Shown here: positions 47,588-58,810 of the stretch, piece after piece
How the letters are laid out: the number at the start of each line of letters is the position of its first letter
Position numbering within the stretch: the stretch's first letter is position 1
DNA from: Patescibacteria group bacterium
GTDB taxonomy: Bacteria > Patescibacteriota > Gracilibacteria > UBA4473
Assembly (NCBI GenBank): GCA_965660445.1
Contig: CBFIAK010000001.1
Coordinates: forward strand, 32,001-96,000
DNA length: 64,000 nucleotides
Direction: 5' to 3'
Made by a program: the position numbers and the translations under genes
Notes under the pieces: model-generated
Seen by the model: only the letters and a program-made list of their open reading frames with translations
What the model was told of the DNA's origin: nothing
Databases searched by the model: none

Positions 47588-48391
47588 CTAAAAAATTGAA
47601 GGGCGAGATGTCCCTTTCCACTTCCAAAGATACTGAAAAACCGATCGTACATGAATCCAAAACGTTCGTTTTTTCATACTCCGAAACACGCCTTCTCCCG
47701 ATAATCGTTTTTGTTCATGAAAAGCTTTCACAGTCGGTACCTGAAGAACCCTATACCCTGCATGCCAACACCGACGACATAAATCCGTATCTTCTAAGAA
47801 TAAGAAAAAACGGTCATCAAACCCGTTGAGAACTGACATGAAAAAATCTTTCTTCATCAGTAAAAAACTCCCTTGTGCCCATTCAACCGGAAACGCATCT
47901 TTCCGATGTGGGTGAACATGTTTCACATGAAAAAATCGTTTTTTCAGTAACGAAAAAAAGGTAGGAAACTTCCACGTATTTGCTAATGGCACATGATCGC
48001 TTGTCTCTAACAATGGGGTTACAATACCGTTTTGAGGATTACTCAAAAGCACAGAGAGAAGTGATTCAAACACCGGTTCACAAAACTCTATATCGGGGTT
48101 TATAAACGCAACATAGTTTCCCATAGCAAATTGAACGCCTTGCATATTTCCTTTTCCAAACCCAATATTTTGTTGTAATTCAACCACATGCACTCGCTTA
48201 TCATGCGCTACGGCCTCCACACACACACGAAATCTATCTTTCCCTGAATGATTATCCACAATAATCCATTCCCACTCAATATGAGGTGGAAATTTCTTTA
48301 AAGACTCATATAACCGCAACAACTTTTGTTCTGTTCGATAATGAACGGTTATCAACGAAATGGTTTGTGAACCTGTATCACTCATATTCAC
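47588..48391 (-). CDS. Family 2 glycosyltransferase
   Basis: VDNHS, NIGFGKG, INPD and FDDRFFLFLEDTD motifs. Confidence 0.88.
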   Translation of the reverse strand: MNMSDTGSQTISLITVHYRTEQKLLRLYESLKKFPPHIEWEWIIVDNHSGKDRFRVCVEAVAHDKRVHVVELQQNIGFGKGNMQGVQFAMGNYVAFINPDIEFCEPVFESLLSVLLSNPQNGIVTPLLETSDHVPLANTWKFPTFFSLLKKRFFHVKHVHPHRKDAFPVEWAQGSFLLMKKDFFMSVLNGFDDRFFLFLEDTDLCRRCWHAGYRVLQVPTVKAFHEQKRLSGEGVFRSMKKRTFWIHVRSVFQYLWKWKGTSRPSIF

Positions 48392-48399
48392 TCATCAGT

Positions 48400-49749
48400 C
48401 TAAATATTTTTTTCAAAAAAGGAAACGATATCTGATTGACGCACCGTTTCTTGTGTTCCAGTTTTCATATTCTTTACACAAACTGATTGCGTTTTTATCT
48501 CGTCTTCACCAATAACACACACCCACTCTACCCCAAGATAATCAGCATATTCAAACTGTTTCTTCATTTTCTTTTGTTCCAAATACGTTTCTACTCGAAA
48601 CCCACTACAACGCAGCATTTTTTGCAGTGCAAACGAAGTCCCCATACCTTCCTGATCGTGTTGCACAATTAAAATATCACAAGGAGATAGAAACGTATCA
48701 ACAACAACCCCTTCATCGAATAACTGATGAAGTAACCGAGTTAACCCAATAGACATCCCAACTCCTGGGTACGATTTTCCAGTAAACAAAGAGGTTAAAT
48801 CATCATATCGCCCTCCTGAACAAATAGATCCAAGATGTGGAAACCGAGTCAGCGTTGTTTCGTAAATCGTACCCGTATAATAATCAAGCCCTCTCGCAAT
48901 AGATATATCAGGGCGATAATACTGAGCATCGCCTTGCATACACGCTAAAGTATCAAACACAATCCGTAATTGATGCAACCCTTCTTGCCCTTCTTCCGAT
49001 AATGAAAAAGACTGAAAAAACTCAAAAAAATCAGCGTAATTATTATCTGGAGATGGTTCGAATGCCATTATATCTAAAAGTTGTGCTTGCTGAGCATCCG
49101 ATAACCCAAGAACACGCAAAGACTCTTTCACAAACCCAATTCCTTTTTTCTCCATATCGTCGATAATATCGATACATTGTTTCAGGTTTGTTTCATTCAC
49201 TCCGCAGTGTTGTAAAACACCACGCAATAATTTTCTATTACTGATACGTACTACAAATTCGCCAATATTCAGTTTTGAAAAAACATCAATCATAATAGAA
49301 GGAAGTACTCCGTCATGTTCAATCGCCAATGATTCTGATCCAACAATATCAATATCACATTGATCAAATTGTCGAAACCGTCCTTTCTGTGCTCGTTCAC
49401 CACGAAAAACAGGCCCTATACAATATCTGCGAAAAGGAAACCGAATATCGTTCAAATGACGAGCAATATACAACGCTAAAGGTACAGTATGGTCAAACCG
49501 CAATGCGTTTCCAGAATGAGACGTATCAGTTTCATCATCAAGTAATCGTTTCAGAACATACATTTCTTTTGGATTTCCTCCTTTCGCCAAAAAATTTTCT
49601 TCTCGTTCAACCATTGGTGTAGTCACCGGAAAAAATCCATACGATTCAAAAACATGTGTAATTGTTTGTACCCATTGTTGTTTTATTCGTTCTTGTGAAG
49701 GTGTAAACTCTGGAAACCCACTCGGACACGAAACATTGTGAGAAGACAT
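48400..49749 (-). CDS. hisS: Histidine--tRNA ligase
   Basis: LRFDHTVP, FRGERAQKGRFRQF, RGLDYYTG and GGRYD motifs. Confidence 0.96.
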   Translation of the reverse strand: MSSHNVSCPSGFPEFTPSQERIKQQWVQTITHVFESYGFFPVTTPMVEREENFLAKGGNPKEMYVLKRLLDDETDTSHSGNALRFDHTVPLALYIARHLNDIRFPFRRYCIGPVFRGERAQKGRFRQFDQCDIDIVGSESLAIEHDGVLPSIMIDVFSKLNIGEFVVRISNRKLLRGVLQHCGVNETNLKQCIDIIDDMEKKGIGFVKESLRVLGLSDAQQAQLLDIMAFEPSPDNNYADFFEFFQSFSLSEEGQEGLHQLRIVFDTLACMQGDAQYYRPDISIARGLDYYTGTIYETTLTRFPHLGSICSGGRYDDLTSLFTGKSYPGVGMSIGLTRLLHQLFDEGVVVDTFLSPCDILIVQHDQEGMGTSFALQKMLRCSGFRVETYLEQKKMKKQFEYADYLGVEWVCVIGEDEIKTQSVCVKNMKTGTQETVRQSDIVSFFEKNI

Positions 49750-49760
49750 ACCATAAAAAA

Positions 49761-51023
49761 TTAAGAGATGAGACGTTGCAGTTCTTGTTGATCAATATCG
49801 GGCCCAATACCGCAAAACCGTAAATGTTGAGGATCAAGAATCCGTTGAGCAAGATTTTGTACCTGATCCGCTGTTACAGCTCGATACTGATCTTTCAGTG
49901 TTTCGAAATGAACTGTCGTATTATAGAGAAGTTGATCTTTTCCAAAATGATGAGCGATATCTTCTGTATCTTCTGTTAATAAATCCATCTTCCCGCACAG
50001 ATAATTCTGTGCTTTTTCGAGTTCTCCTTCAAGTAAACCATGCTCTCGTATATTTTTATATTCATACACTATTGCTTCCACGGCTTTGAGTACATCTTGC
50101 AACCGAACCCCTGCGCGAGTTGTTAAAAGCCCTGTGTCTGTAAACTCATCAACACTGGTCCGAATAGAATAACACAAACCCTTACTTTCTCGAACGTTCT
50201 GAAACATACGAGCACTCATATTGCCTCCAAGAACCGCGGCTAATACTTTTAGTACTGGAAACTCTGGATCGTTTTCAGCCAATGCCCGACACCCAATCGA
50301 TATATGATATTGTTCTGTTTTTTTTGTTCGTATTTTATATTTCTCCGTCACGATATCCGCATCAAACGGAGGGAAAGAAAGTGTTTGTGATTGGTGTGGA
50401 AACTGAAAATATGATTCTAACACATCAAGTGATGTCTCATCTACCGCTCCTGCAACAGTAATCACTGTGTTTTCCGGCACATATAATGCATTTTTATAGG
50501 CTATAAATTGATCCTGAGTAACAGAACGAATCAATTCCTTTGTTCCAATTTGATCTCGTCCTAAGGGTTGATCACCAAAAACAAGTTGTTCAAAATCCCA
50601 ACTAATTTGATACATAGGAGCATCTAAATACATGGCCATTTCTTCTAAAATAACCCCTCTTTCTTTTTCTATTTCTTCAGGATCAAACCGAGAGTGAAGC
50701 ATCATATCAGAAAGAACGTCACAGGCTTTTTCAAAATGAGCTTTCCCGCTCTTTACATAATATCCAGCATACTCTTTCCCTGTAAACGCATTAAAAGCCC
50801 CTCCAAAGCAATCGACCGCTTCTGATACAGCCTTTGGAGTTGTGTATTTTTTTGCCCCCTTAAAAAACATATGTTCTAAAAAATGCGAAATTCCAGCAAT
50901 TGATTTATCTTCGTAACGAGATCCAGCCCCAACCAAGATAAGGGTTGTCACTACTGATGTTCCTTCAAGAGCAACCGCTTGCAATCGTAATCCATTTTGA
51001 GTAGTTCGTGTATAAACTTTCAT
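49761..51023 (-). CDS. M16 family zinc peptidase
   Basis: HFLEH inverted zincin motif, NAFT and RESKGLCY. Confidence 0.92.
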   Translation of the reverse strand: MKVYTRTTQNGLRLQAVALEGTSVVTTLILVGAGSRYEDKSIAGISHFLEHMFFKGAKKYTTPKAVSEAVDCFGGAFNAFTGKEYAGYYVKSGKAHFEKACDVLSDMMLHSRFDPEEIEKERGVILEEMAMYLDAPMYQISWDFEQLVFGDQPLGRDQIGTKELIRSVTQDQFIAYKNALYVPENTVITVAGAVDETSLDVLESYFQFPHQSQTLSFPPFDADIVTEKYKIRTKKTEQYHISIGCRALAENDPEFPVLKVLAAVLGGNMSARMFQNVRESKGLCYSIRTSVDEFTDTGLLTTRAGVRLQDVLKAVEAIVYEYKNIREHGLLEGELEKAQNYLCGKMDLLTEDTEDIAHHFGKDQLLYNTTVHFETLKDQYRAVTADQVQNLAQRILDPQHLRFCGIGPDIDQQELQRLIS

Positions 51024-51109
51024 GCTTGGATTGTACGAGAATAAAGCAGAAAAACAACACAAAATGAAGAAAACTTGATTCTTTTATTGAGAAAAATCAT
51101 ACTCATAGT

Positions 51110-52324
51110 ATGAAACGTACTTGGATCACAAAAGCAACTCTGATTCATCTCAATATACTTTGTTTACTCCTTCCTTTACACGGAAGTATAACTGTATTTT
51201 TCCCCGAACCTTTTCGATTCTGGAAAGAATACATACTTCTATTTTTTCTCTGTGTCTGGATATTTCAAGAAATACAGACCCCTCAAAAATGGATTTTTAA
51301 AAGTACTGAAACACTGAGTGCAAGTATGGTCATCCTCACAGGACTTCACCTATTCACCGCTCCACACACACTCACGGCTTTACATGCAGCCCGATATATA
51401 ACCCTTGGATTTCTTCTCTACACTCTATTCAAGCGACTCATCTATACTCACAACTACCCAATTACACTGCAAAACATAAGTCGATACCTATTCTGGGGAT
51501 GTGGTTTGTCTGTTCTTTTTGGTTTATGGGCACATTTTGCAGGCGGTTACTCTGTACTTCAACAATGGTATTCAACCACTATTTCATCATGGGTTCCAAG
51601 CCAAACAATCCCCCTTTACCATGCTGTTAATGATATACCTCGAATGCAAGGTACTGCATCAGGTCCCATTGAGTTTTCACACCTACTTCTCGCATCACTC
51701 ATGATACTTCCCTACGCAAAACTCAAGAAATGGGTTCTTTTCATGGGGATATTACTCCTCTTAACAGGTATACTTATGAGTGCATCACGATCTGCTTTTT
51801 TTATCGCTTTTATTATACTCGCATTTCAAAGTGCAAGATGGTACAACCTCCCAAAAACGACCCTGCAAACACTTATTGCTGGACTCTTTGTTCTTATTAC
51901 CATTGGTATGTCATTCAACCCAACACTGCCCGCAAAAATAGTCTACAGAGCCGGCACATCCGATCACATAACTCGTCCCATAGAAGGAATCGGAAAAGCA
52001 ATAACTAATCCCCTTTGGGGAGATCTCGGATCTGTTGGCCCAGCGGCGCGAGCGTACAATCTAACTCATCACAATGATGATAAAGCTTTCATTGCTGAAA
52101 ATATATTTATTGATTACTGGATTCAGCTTGGTATTTTGGGGTTATGTATATCAATTTCTTTTTTCATTGCCCTGTGGAAAACAATGGGAAACAATGGGAG
52201 AATTTGGGTTTTGTCTATTCTTATAGCAGGAAACATAGCCACTATTTTTGATATGACACCCATAAGTATCTTGTTTTTTATTCTATTAGTGGTATTGTCA
52301 AACAAACATAATCCTTCCTCATGA
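51110..52324 (+). CDS. O-antigen ligase/Wzy-like membrane protein
   Basis: Many TMs; RMQGT..GP, SASRS and ENIFI...QLGILG motifs. Confidence 0.7.
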   Translation: MKRTWITKATLIHLNILCLLLPLHGSITVFFPEPFRFWKEYILLFFLCVWIFQEIQTPQKWIFKSTETLSASMVILTGLHLFTAPHTLTALHAARYITLGFLLYTLFKRLIYTHNYPITLQNISRYLFWGCGLSVLFGLWAHFAGGYSVLQQWYSTTISSWVPSQTIPLYHAVNDIPRMQGTASGPIEFSHLLLASLMILPYAKLKKWVLFMGILLLLTGILMSASRSAFFIAFIILAFQSARWYNLPKTTLQTLIAGLFVLITIGMSFNPTLPAKIVYRAGTSDHITRPIEGIGKAITNPLWGDLGSVGPAARAYNLTHHNDDKAFIAENIFIDYWIQLGILGLCISISFFIALWKTMGNNGRIWVLSILIAGNIATIFDMTPISILFFILLVVLSNKHNPSS

Positions 52325-53403
52325 ATGGTTTAGCCCATCATATCGATAATTTATTTATTATACTCGGGTATATGGTTTGTAGTTTTGTAATTGCTATACT
52401 CTTATTTCCTGATTTCATACAGTTTGTAAAAGATTTTAAGATAACCCAAAAAATCAGAGAAGATGGTTTAAGTGGTGGTACTGCAAAATTATTTCGTGAA
52501 CTTCATGCTCATAAATCAGGAACTCCAACAATGGGAGGAATTGTGATTATAACTGCCATTCTCTCAACAGTCCTTATCTCACGTATATTGTCTTATTATG
52601 GTATTATCGATAGCTCTCTCTTAAACCGAGGTGAAACCTATCTCCCTATTGCAACGCTCATTAGTGTTGGGATATTGGGCGTTATTGATGACTACTTAAA
52701 TATTAAAGAATCCTCCAAACAAAAAGGGTTATCGGCACGAGTAAAACTCTGGAGTCTTATTGTGTTTTCAATTGCAGGCGCCTTATGGTTCACCTTAAAG
52801 CTCGAATACTCGAGTATTCATATTCCAGGAATAGGAGATTTCGAAATAGGGTTCTTTTATTTTCCTTTATTTATTTTGGTACTCGTAGGAACTTCAAATT
52901 CGGTAAACTTAACCGATGGGCTCGATGGACTCGCAGGTGGACTGCTCGCTATCGCCTATGGAATATTCGGAGCTATATCATATTTCTCAGGGCAACCTAT
53001 TTTAGCTACTTTTTGCGCTGTTATTATGGCAGCTCTTATTGCATTTTTATGGTTTAATGTTCCTCCAGCAAAAATATATATGGGGGATACTGGCTCTCTC
53101 TCTCTTGGCGCGACTCTCGGAGTGATTGCGATGATGACTAATTCTCTCGCTATATTACTTATTGTTGGGTTTATTTTTATTCTTGAGACACTGTCTGTCA
53201 TTTTGCAATTGTTTTGGAAAAAACATTTTCAAAAAAAACTGTTTCTTATTGCCCCTATTCATCATCATTTTGAAGCAAAAGGATGGTCAGAAACTCAAAT
53301 CGTAATGAGGTTTTGGATTCTCGGTGCTTGCATAGGAGTAGTCGGACTTCTGGTTGGACTTTTGGGTATGGGAAACCGAGAATTTTCTCTTTTTCTTTTT
53401 TAA
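52321..53403 (+). CDS. mraY: Phospho-N-acetylmuramoyl-pentapeptide transferase
   Basis: KSGTPTMGG, DDY, NLTDGLDGL, MGDTGS and APIHHHFE motifs. Confidence 0.96.
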   Translation: MNGLAHHIDNLFIILGYMVCSFVIAILLFPDFIQFVKDFKITQKIREDGLSGGTAKLFRELHAHKSGTPTMGGIVIITAILSTVLISRILSYYGIIDSSLLNRGETYLPIATLISVGILGVIDDYLNIKESSKQKGLSARVKLWSLIVFSIAGALWFTLKLEYSSIHIPGIGDFEIGFFYFPLFILVLVGTSNSVNLTDGLDGLAGGLLAIAYGIFGAISYFSGQPILATFCAVIMAALIAFLWFNVPPAKIYMGDTGSLSLGATLGVIAMMTNSLAILLIVGFIFILETLSVILQLFWKKHFQKKLFLIAPIHHHFEAKGWSETQIVMRFWILGACIGVVGLLVGLLGMGNREFSLFLF

Positions 53404-53435
53404 GTTTTTAAGTATAGTACAACTCACTTACACGC

Positions 53436-54614
53436 ATGCAAATACAAGGTACTACACTTCAACCAAAGAAAAAAAACATGATTGCTTTTCTTGATCAAGG
53501 AGAAACCCTTGGAGGAACAGAACGATTTTTACTTGATTTTATAAACAGTCTTTCACAAGAAGACCAAAAAAGAAATCCCTCTATTGTACTAGGCGGATCA
53601 TCAAGAAAATATAGAGAACGAATACCAGAAACAATCCCTATTTATTCATTTTCTTTTCCATCTGTAAAAGGAAACCTATTTACAAAAATATGGAGACTCT
53701 TTCAAATTATTTCTTCAGCACAAAAACTGAATAAAAAACTCAAAACTGAACAAATAACAACTGTTTTTTCAAACACTCCCCGAACAAGTTTTGTTATGTT
53801 TTTCGCAAAAATTTTATGGAGAACACGATCACGATGGATTGTAATGATTCATGATTTTTCTATTCCCGGAAAGATTCTTTCTCGCATTGTCGCTCAATGC
53901 AATACCGTTGTTGTTAGTTCTACAGCAGCACGTAATTACGTGCATGCTCATATTCGACCAAAAGATTATAAAAAAATAAAAATTGTCGAAAACAGTGTTG
54001 ATGTTGATGCATTACCAAATATATCGACTCCAACAGAAATCAAGAATATACTCATGCTCGGACGAATAGATCCGCAAAAAGGACAAAAATACGCTTTAGA
54101 AGCGGCTGATTTACTACTCGAACGAAACCCTGATCTGCAGTTTAAGATTGTCGGGAGCCCATTTGAAAAAGATGAACGAACCGTGAGATACAACCAAGAA
54201 ATTCATGAGTTTGTAAAAGAACGAGAACTTTCCAATGTATCATTTCAAGAAGAAGTATCAAATCCTTTTGAAGTTATTGCACAATGCGATTGTTTACTAG
54301 CACTTCCCACACAACCTGAATCATTTGGAAGAATTGTTATAGAGGCACTCGCTATGGGAAAACTCGTTATTGTGTTTCGTGAAACTGGGCCAAAAGAGAT
54401 TATGCAAAGCTATGAACAGTTTATAGGGGTATCGGTAAAACCCTTGGTTATAGAAAAAAATGCAATGACTCTCGCCGAAACCATTGGTCATTTTGCAGAT
54501 CATCCTGACGATAGTCATATTTACACAGAAAAAGCTCGTGAATTTGTTCGAAAACAGTTTTCTGCACAAGAAAGTAAAAAAAGACTTCTTCATATTTTAA
54601 CCCATTCTGACTAA
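53436..54614 (+). CDS. Family 4 glycosyltransferase
   Basis: GGTER, GRIDPQKG and ESFGRIVIEA motifs. Confidence 0.88.
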   Translation: MQIQGTTLQPKKKNMIAFLDQGETLGGTERFLLDFINSLSQEDQKRNPSIVLGGSSRKYRERIPETIPIYSFSFPSVKGNLFTKIWRLFQIISSAQKLNKKLKTEQITTVFSNTPRTSFVMFFAKILWRTRSRWIVMIHDFSIPGKILSRIVAQCNTVVVSSTAARNYVHAHIRPKDYKKIKIVENSVDVDALPNISTPTEIKNILMLGRIDPQKGQKYALEAADLLLERNPDLQFKIVGSPFEKDERTVRYNQEIHEFVKERELSNVSFQEEVSNPFEVIAQCDCLLALPTQPESFGRIVIEALAMGKLVIVFRETGPKEIMQSYEQFIGVSVKPLVIEKNAMTLAETIGHFADHPDDSHIYTEKAREFVRKQFSAQESKKRLLHILTHSD

Positions 54615-54637
54615 CAAAGAGGAACGGTTCTAAATAA

Positions 54638-54666
54638 TTGACAAAATTACAAAAAATGACTACAAT
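54638..54666 (+). promoter_or_regulatory. Sigma70-type promoter upstream of uvrA
   Basis: TTGACA-17 nt-TACAAT. Confidence 0.65.
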
Positions 54667-54726
54667 GGCGCTACCAAGAAAGCGCATATTGGGCGCTTTT
54701 TTTTGTATTTCACTGATTTATTTTTC

Positions 54727-57597
54727 ATGCAAGACCACATAATTGTTCGCGGTGCACGTATGCACAACCTTAAGAATATTAATGTGGATATTCCCCGTAA
54801 TAAGTTAACCGTGATTACAGGTGTTTCAGGATCAGGAAAATCATCACTGGCCTTTGATACGATTTTTGCGGAAGGACAACGCCGGTACATGGAAAGTTTA
54901 TCAACCTATGCACGGCAGTTTTTAAAACTCCAAGAAAAAACAGAAGTTGATTCCATTGATGGACTCTCTCCAGCTATTTCAATTGATCAAAAGACAATCA
55001 TTCGAAATCCTCGATCAACGGTTGGGACTGTGACTGAAATCTATGATTATATGCGGTTATTGTTTGCAAAACTCGGAACGCCTATAAATCCCCTCACAGG
55101 AAAAAAACTCGAATGTCAATCTCCAAGTCAAATTGCCGACACTATCCAAGAATGGAAAGAAGGTGAGAAATTCATGGTACTTGCACCACTCATAAAAGAT
55201 AAAAAAGGTGAACACAGACACATTATCTCTAAAATACAAAAAGCAGGTTTTGTACGCCTCAGGATTGATGGATTTGTAACGACGATAAATGAAGACATAG
55301 AGCTAGATCCAAACAAAAAACATTCTATTGAAATTGTGGTTGACCGTCTTGTGAAAGCCGATTATTCACCTCGATACAAAACACTCGAATCAGGAGACAA
55401 AATTGAAGAACAAAACGATGATCGACTTCGATTGATTGATTCACTTGAAACAGCTCTTAAGTTTGGAGAAGGAATTGTTGTTATCCACACTCTTTCTGAT
55501 GAAATGGATCATCTTTTTTCCGAACACTTATCGGACCCTGAAACAGGATTTTCATTTCCAGAGCTTGAACCACGACTTTTTTCATTTAATTCTCCCCATG
55601 GAGCCTGTTTAAAATGTCACGGATTGGGGTACAAACTCACACTTGATCAAGATTCAACATTTAATGATAATCTTTCTATTCGTGAAGGAGGTATTCTTCC
55701 ATGGGCATCACTCGGCATGAATGCACAACGATGGTACTTTTCAGTCCTCGAAGCCGTTGGAAAAATATATAATTTCAGTCTCGATGAACCACTATCGCGA
55801 ATATCAGATGATACAAAAACAAAGCTTCTTGAAGGGTTTGGATCAGAAGTATTTAACGTTCCACTGAAAGGTGCTTATAGCGGAAGACATACCGAAACAA
55901 ATTTTGAAGGCATCATTCATCAAACAGAGAAACGATATAACGAATCTGATTCTGAGTTTGTGCGCAAAAAACTCAGTGAGTTTATGCGTGAACAATCGTG
56001 TAGCGAATGTCATGGTACGCGCTTAAATATATACGCTCAAAATGTTTTTGTTGACGATAAAAACATAGCGCAATTATGTCAGATGTCTATTTCTGAGTTC
56101 AAAGAATGGATAGGATCGCTCAAGATTTCACAATTTAATGAAAAAATAGCTCGTCCAATTCAAAAAGAAATTGTCGATCGACTCGGATTTCTTGAAAAAG
56201 TAGGTTTGAGCTACTTAAATCTTTCTCGAACAGCCAACACTCTTTCAGGAGGAGAAGCACAGAGAATTCGGCTCGCCACGCAAATCGGATCGTGTTTGCA
56301 AGGCGTACTGTATGTACTTGATGAACCATCTATTGGACTTCATCAAAAAGACAACACAAAACTGATTGAAACACTCAAAAATCTCCGTGATATAGGAAAT
56401 ACGGTCATTGTTGTTGAACACGATGAAGACACCATTCGAGAAGCTGATTTTGTTATTGAAATTGGTCCCAAATCCGGAAAAAATGGAGGACATTTGGTAT
56501 GCTGTGGTGCATTAGAAGAAATAAAAGATATTCCGTGTGAAACTGCTGATTTCTTATTTGGAAGACAAAGCATTGATATCCCCCGAGTACGTCGACACCC
56601 AATTGGAAAACTATCGATTCGTGGTGCAAGAGAAAACAATTTAAAAAATATTGATATTGATATTCCATTAGGAATATTGGTAGGAGTTTCTGGCGTATCA
56701 GGGTCTGGAAAAAGTTCTCTTATAAACAAAATTTTAGTACCAACACTTGCTCGAAAACTGAATCGCGCAAAATCTTTATCAGGAGCTCATGACAGCATTG
56801 AAGGCATTGAACAACTCGATAAACTCATTTCTATTGATCAAACGCCTATTGGGCGAACCCCTCGTTCAAACCCGGCCACTTACACTGGTGTTTTTACGGA
56901 TATCCGAGATGTTTTTTCATCTCTTCCAGAATCAAAAATTCGAGGATATAGCAGTGGACGATTTAGTTTTAATATTAAAGGAGGACGATGTGAATCATGT
57001 AGTGGAGACGGAATCAAAAAAATAGAAATGCATTTCTTGCCAGATGTATATGTACCCTGTGAAGTCTGTAACGGAAAACGGTATAACCAAGAGACACTTG
57101 AAATTAAATACAGAGGAAAATCTATTTATGAAGTTCTTGATATGACCGTTGAAGAAGCGTTACAATTTTTTGAAAATTTTTCAAATATTGCTCATAAACT
57201 AGAAGCATTACACTCCGTTGGACTTGGGTATATTCATCTAGGGCAAAGTGCTGTAACACTTTCTGGAGGAGAAGCACAACGAGTAAAACTCGCCAGTGAA
57301 CTCATGAAAAAAGCTACAGGAAACACGATTTATGTACTCGACGAACCCACAACTGGACTTCACTTTAGTGATGTCAAACGATTACTCGAAACCATTCAAA
57401 AATTAGTCGACAAAGGCAACTCTGTGATTGTTATTGAGCATAATCTAGACGTCTTAAAATGTTGTGACTATTTGATTGATCTCGGTCCTGAAGGTGGACA
57501 CCGAGGAGGACATATCGTTGGCATGGGAACTCCTGAAGAATTAGCAAAAAATAAAGAGAGCTTCACAGGACATTTCCTAGAAAAGATGATTTCTTAA
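54727..57597 (+). CDS. uvrA: Excinuclease ABC subunit A
   Basis: Two GVSGSGKSS motifs, two LSGGEAQR motifs, Zn modules. Confidence 0.98.
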   Translation: MQDHIIVRGARMHNLKNINVDIPRNKLTVITGVSGSGKSSLAFDTIFAEGQRRYMESLSTYARQFLKLQEKTEVDSIDGLSPAISIDQKTIIRNPRSTVGTVTEIYDYMRLLFAKLGTPINPLTGKKLECQSPSQIADTIQEWKEGEKFMVLAPLIKDKKGEHRHIISKIQKAGFVRLRIDGFVTTINEDIELDPNKKHSIEIVVDRLVKADYSPRYKTLESGDKIEEQNDDRLRLIDSLETALKFGEGIVVIHTLSDEMDHLFSEHLSDPETGFSFPELEPRLFSFNSPHGACLKCHGLGYKLTLDQDSTFNDNLSIREGGILPWASLGMNAQRWYFSVLEAVGKIYNFSLDEPLSRISDDTKTKLLEGFGSEVFNVPLKGAYSGRHTETNFEGIIHQTEKRYNESDSEFVRKKLSEFMREQSCSECHGTRLNIYAQNVFVDDKNIAQLCQMSISEFKEWIGSLKISQFNEKIARPIQKEIVDRLGFLEKVGLSYLNLSRTANTLSGGEAQRIRLATQIGSCLQGVLYVLDEPSIGLHQKDNTKLIETLKNLRDIGNTVIVVEHDEDTIREADFVIEIGPKSGKNGGHLVCCGALEEIKDIPCETADFLFGRQSIDIPRVRRHPIGKLSIRGARENNLKNIDIDIPLGILVGVSGVSGSGKSSLINKILVPTLARKLNRAKSLSGAHDSIEGIEQLDKLISIDQTPIGRTPRSNPATYTGVFTDIRDVFSSLPESKIRGYSSGRFSFNIKGGRCESCSGDGIKKIEMHFLPDVYVPCEVCNGKRYNQETLEIKYRGKSIYEVLDMTVEEALQFFENFSNIAHKLEALHSVGLGYIHLGQSAVTLSGGEAQRVKLASELMKKATGNTIYVLDEPTTGLHFSDVKRLLETIQKLVDKGNSVIVIEHNLDVLKCCDYLIDLGPEGGHRGGHIVGMGTPEELAKNKESFTGHFLEKMIS

Positions 57598-57657
57598 AAA
57601 GTTTCCTTGAAAAAAAGAGTAAAAGAGAGTATAATGATACGATTTTTATATTTTTCT

Positions 57658-58113
57658 ATGAAATCTATTACATACCAACACGCTCAAGCGAGAAATATCA
57701 TATTTCAGAATTTTCATGATCATGATGAAGATTGGTTTCCCAATAGATGTGAAATCGACAGTCCAGAAGTAGATAGTGTCGAAGATATGCAAATCATTCT
57801 GAAAGAGCTCGGATATTATGAAGGGGAGATTGATAATTTAGGAGGAAAAGTCAGTTCTTTTGATCAAACTTCAGACGCAGTAAAACAATTTATTAAAGAT
57901 TGGAATCGTGAAAACCCTGAAGATATAATCAATGGAGAAAATGAAACCGATACCATCACAAGCTATGTGACTCCAGAAATAATGAAACGACTTCAATATG
58001 TCGCTTTGAAAAAACAAATCAACTGGGAACTCAATGAACTCAAAGACCGATTCAAAAAAATAACCCCTCAAAATATTCAGAAGAAGAAAAAAAATAATAT
58101 AAGTCGACAATAA
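57658..58113 (+). CDS. Hypothetical protein with a peptidoglycan-binding-like motif
   Basis: VEDMQIILKELGYYEGEID...TSDAVKQF; start uncertain. Confidence 0.5.
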   Translation: MKSITYQHAQARNIIFQNFHDHDEDWFPNRCEIDSPEVDSVEDMQIILKELGYYEGEIDNLGGKVSSFDQTSDAVKQFIKDWNRENPEDIINGENETDTITSYVTPEIMKRLQYVALKKQINWELNELKDRFKKITPQNIQKKKKNNISRQ

Positions 58114-58214
58114 CTTGACAATATTATATATTTGTTTTATAAAGGAGATGCTCTTTGAGTCGACGAAACAACTCAAACATACAAATATTATAAACAATAA
58201 AAAAAGGAGTCTTT

Positions 58215-58751
58215 ATGCAAAAGCATATAGTTGCGATAATTCTTATCGCTTTCAGCGCACTGCTACTAAGCAGCTGCGGAACCAATTTTAACGGTTCACA
58301 AACAAACACATATGCCCCACAATGGTTTGATTATAACGGGGGTGAATCTGTAGGTCTTGATGTTCAACGATACTTCTCAAAAAGGCTTACAGAAGCTGGA
58401 AAAGGAGAAAGATCTGAGGACAAACTCTATGATCCTCGTTCAAAAACAGGAACACTGATAGTAGATGGCAAGCACTACACACTCAAAGAAATTACTCCTT
58501 CACATTTAGTGATTGAGTTCTATGCTCCTCAGGGTTGTGCTGGTGCGCAATCTGGAAGGATACAAATCAAAAATGATGCTGGGTATTGTACTAGTTGTTG
58601 CAAAATCCAGTATTATCCACAAGATCTCGCGGTTAGTACCCGACTTGATGAAGTGTGGAAAGAAGTCCAAACATGGTACGAACGTGCTGGATTTGGCCTG
58701 TTAATACCAGAGGAATCAAATGATATCCAATGGTTTAACAAATTTTTCTAA
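58215..58751 (+). CDS. Hypothetical lipoprotein
   Basis: Lipobox LSSC; AAGGAG RBS. Confidence 0.7.
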   Translation: MQKHIVAIILIAFSALLLSSCGTNFNGSQTNTYAPQWFDYNGGESVGLDVQRYFSKRLTEAGKGERSEDKLYDPRSKTGTLIVDGKHYTLKEITPSHLVIEFYAPQGCAGAQSGRIQIKNDAGYCTSCCKIQYYPQDLAVSTRLDEVWKEVQTWYERAGFGLLIPEESNDIQWFNKFF

Positions 58752-58770
58752 ATCGTCGACTAGAGCACCT

Positions 58771-58803
58771 AATCCTCGTTTCAATAGAAACGAGGATTTT
58801 TTT
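58771..58803. terminator. Terminator hairpin between convergent genes
   Basis: AATCCTCGTTTC-aata-GAAACGAGGATT followed by a T-run. Confidence 0.75.
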
Positions 58804-58810
58804 AAAATTA

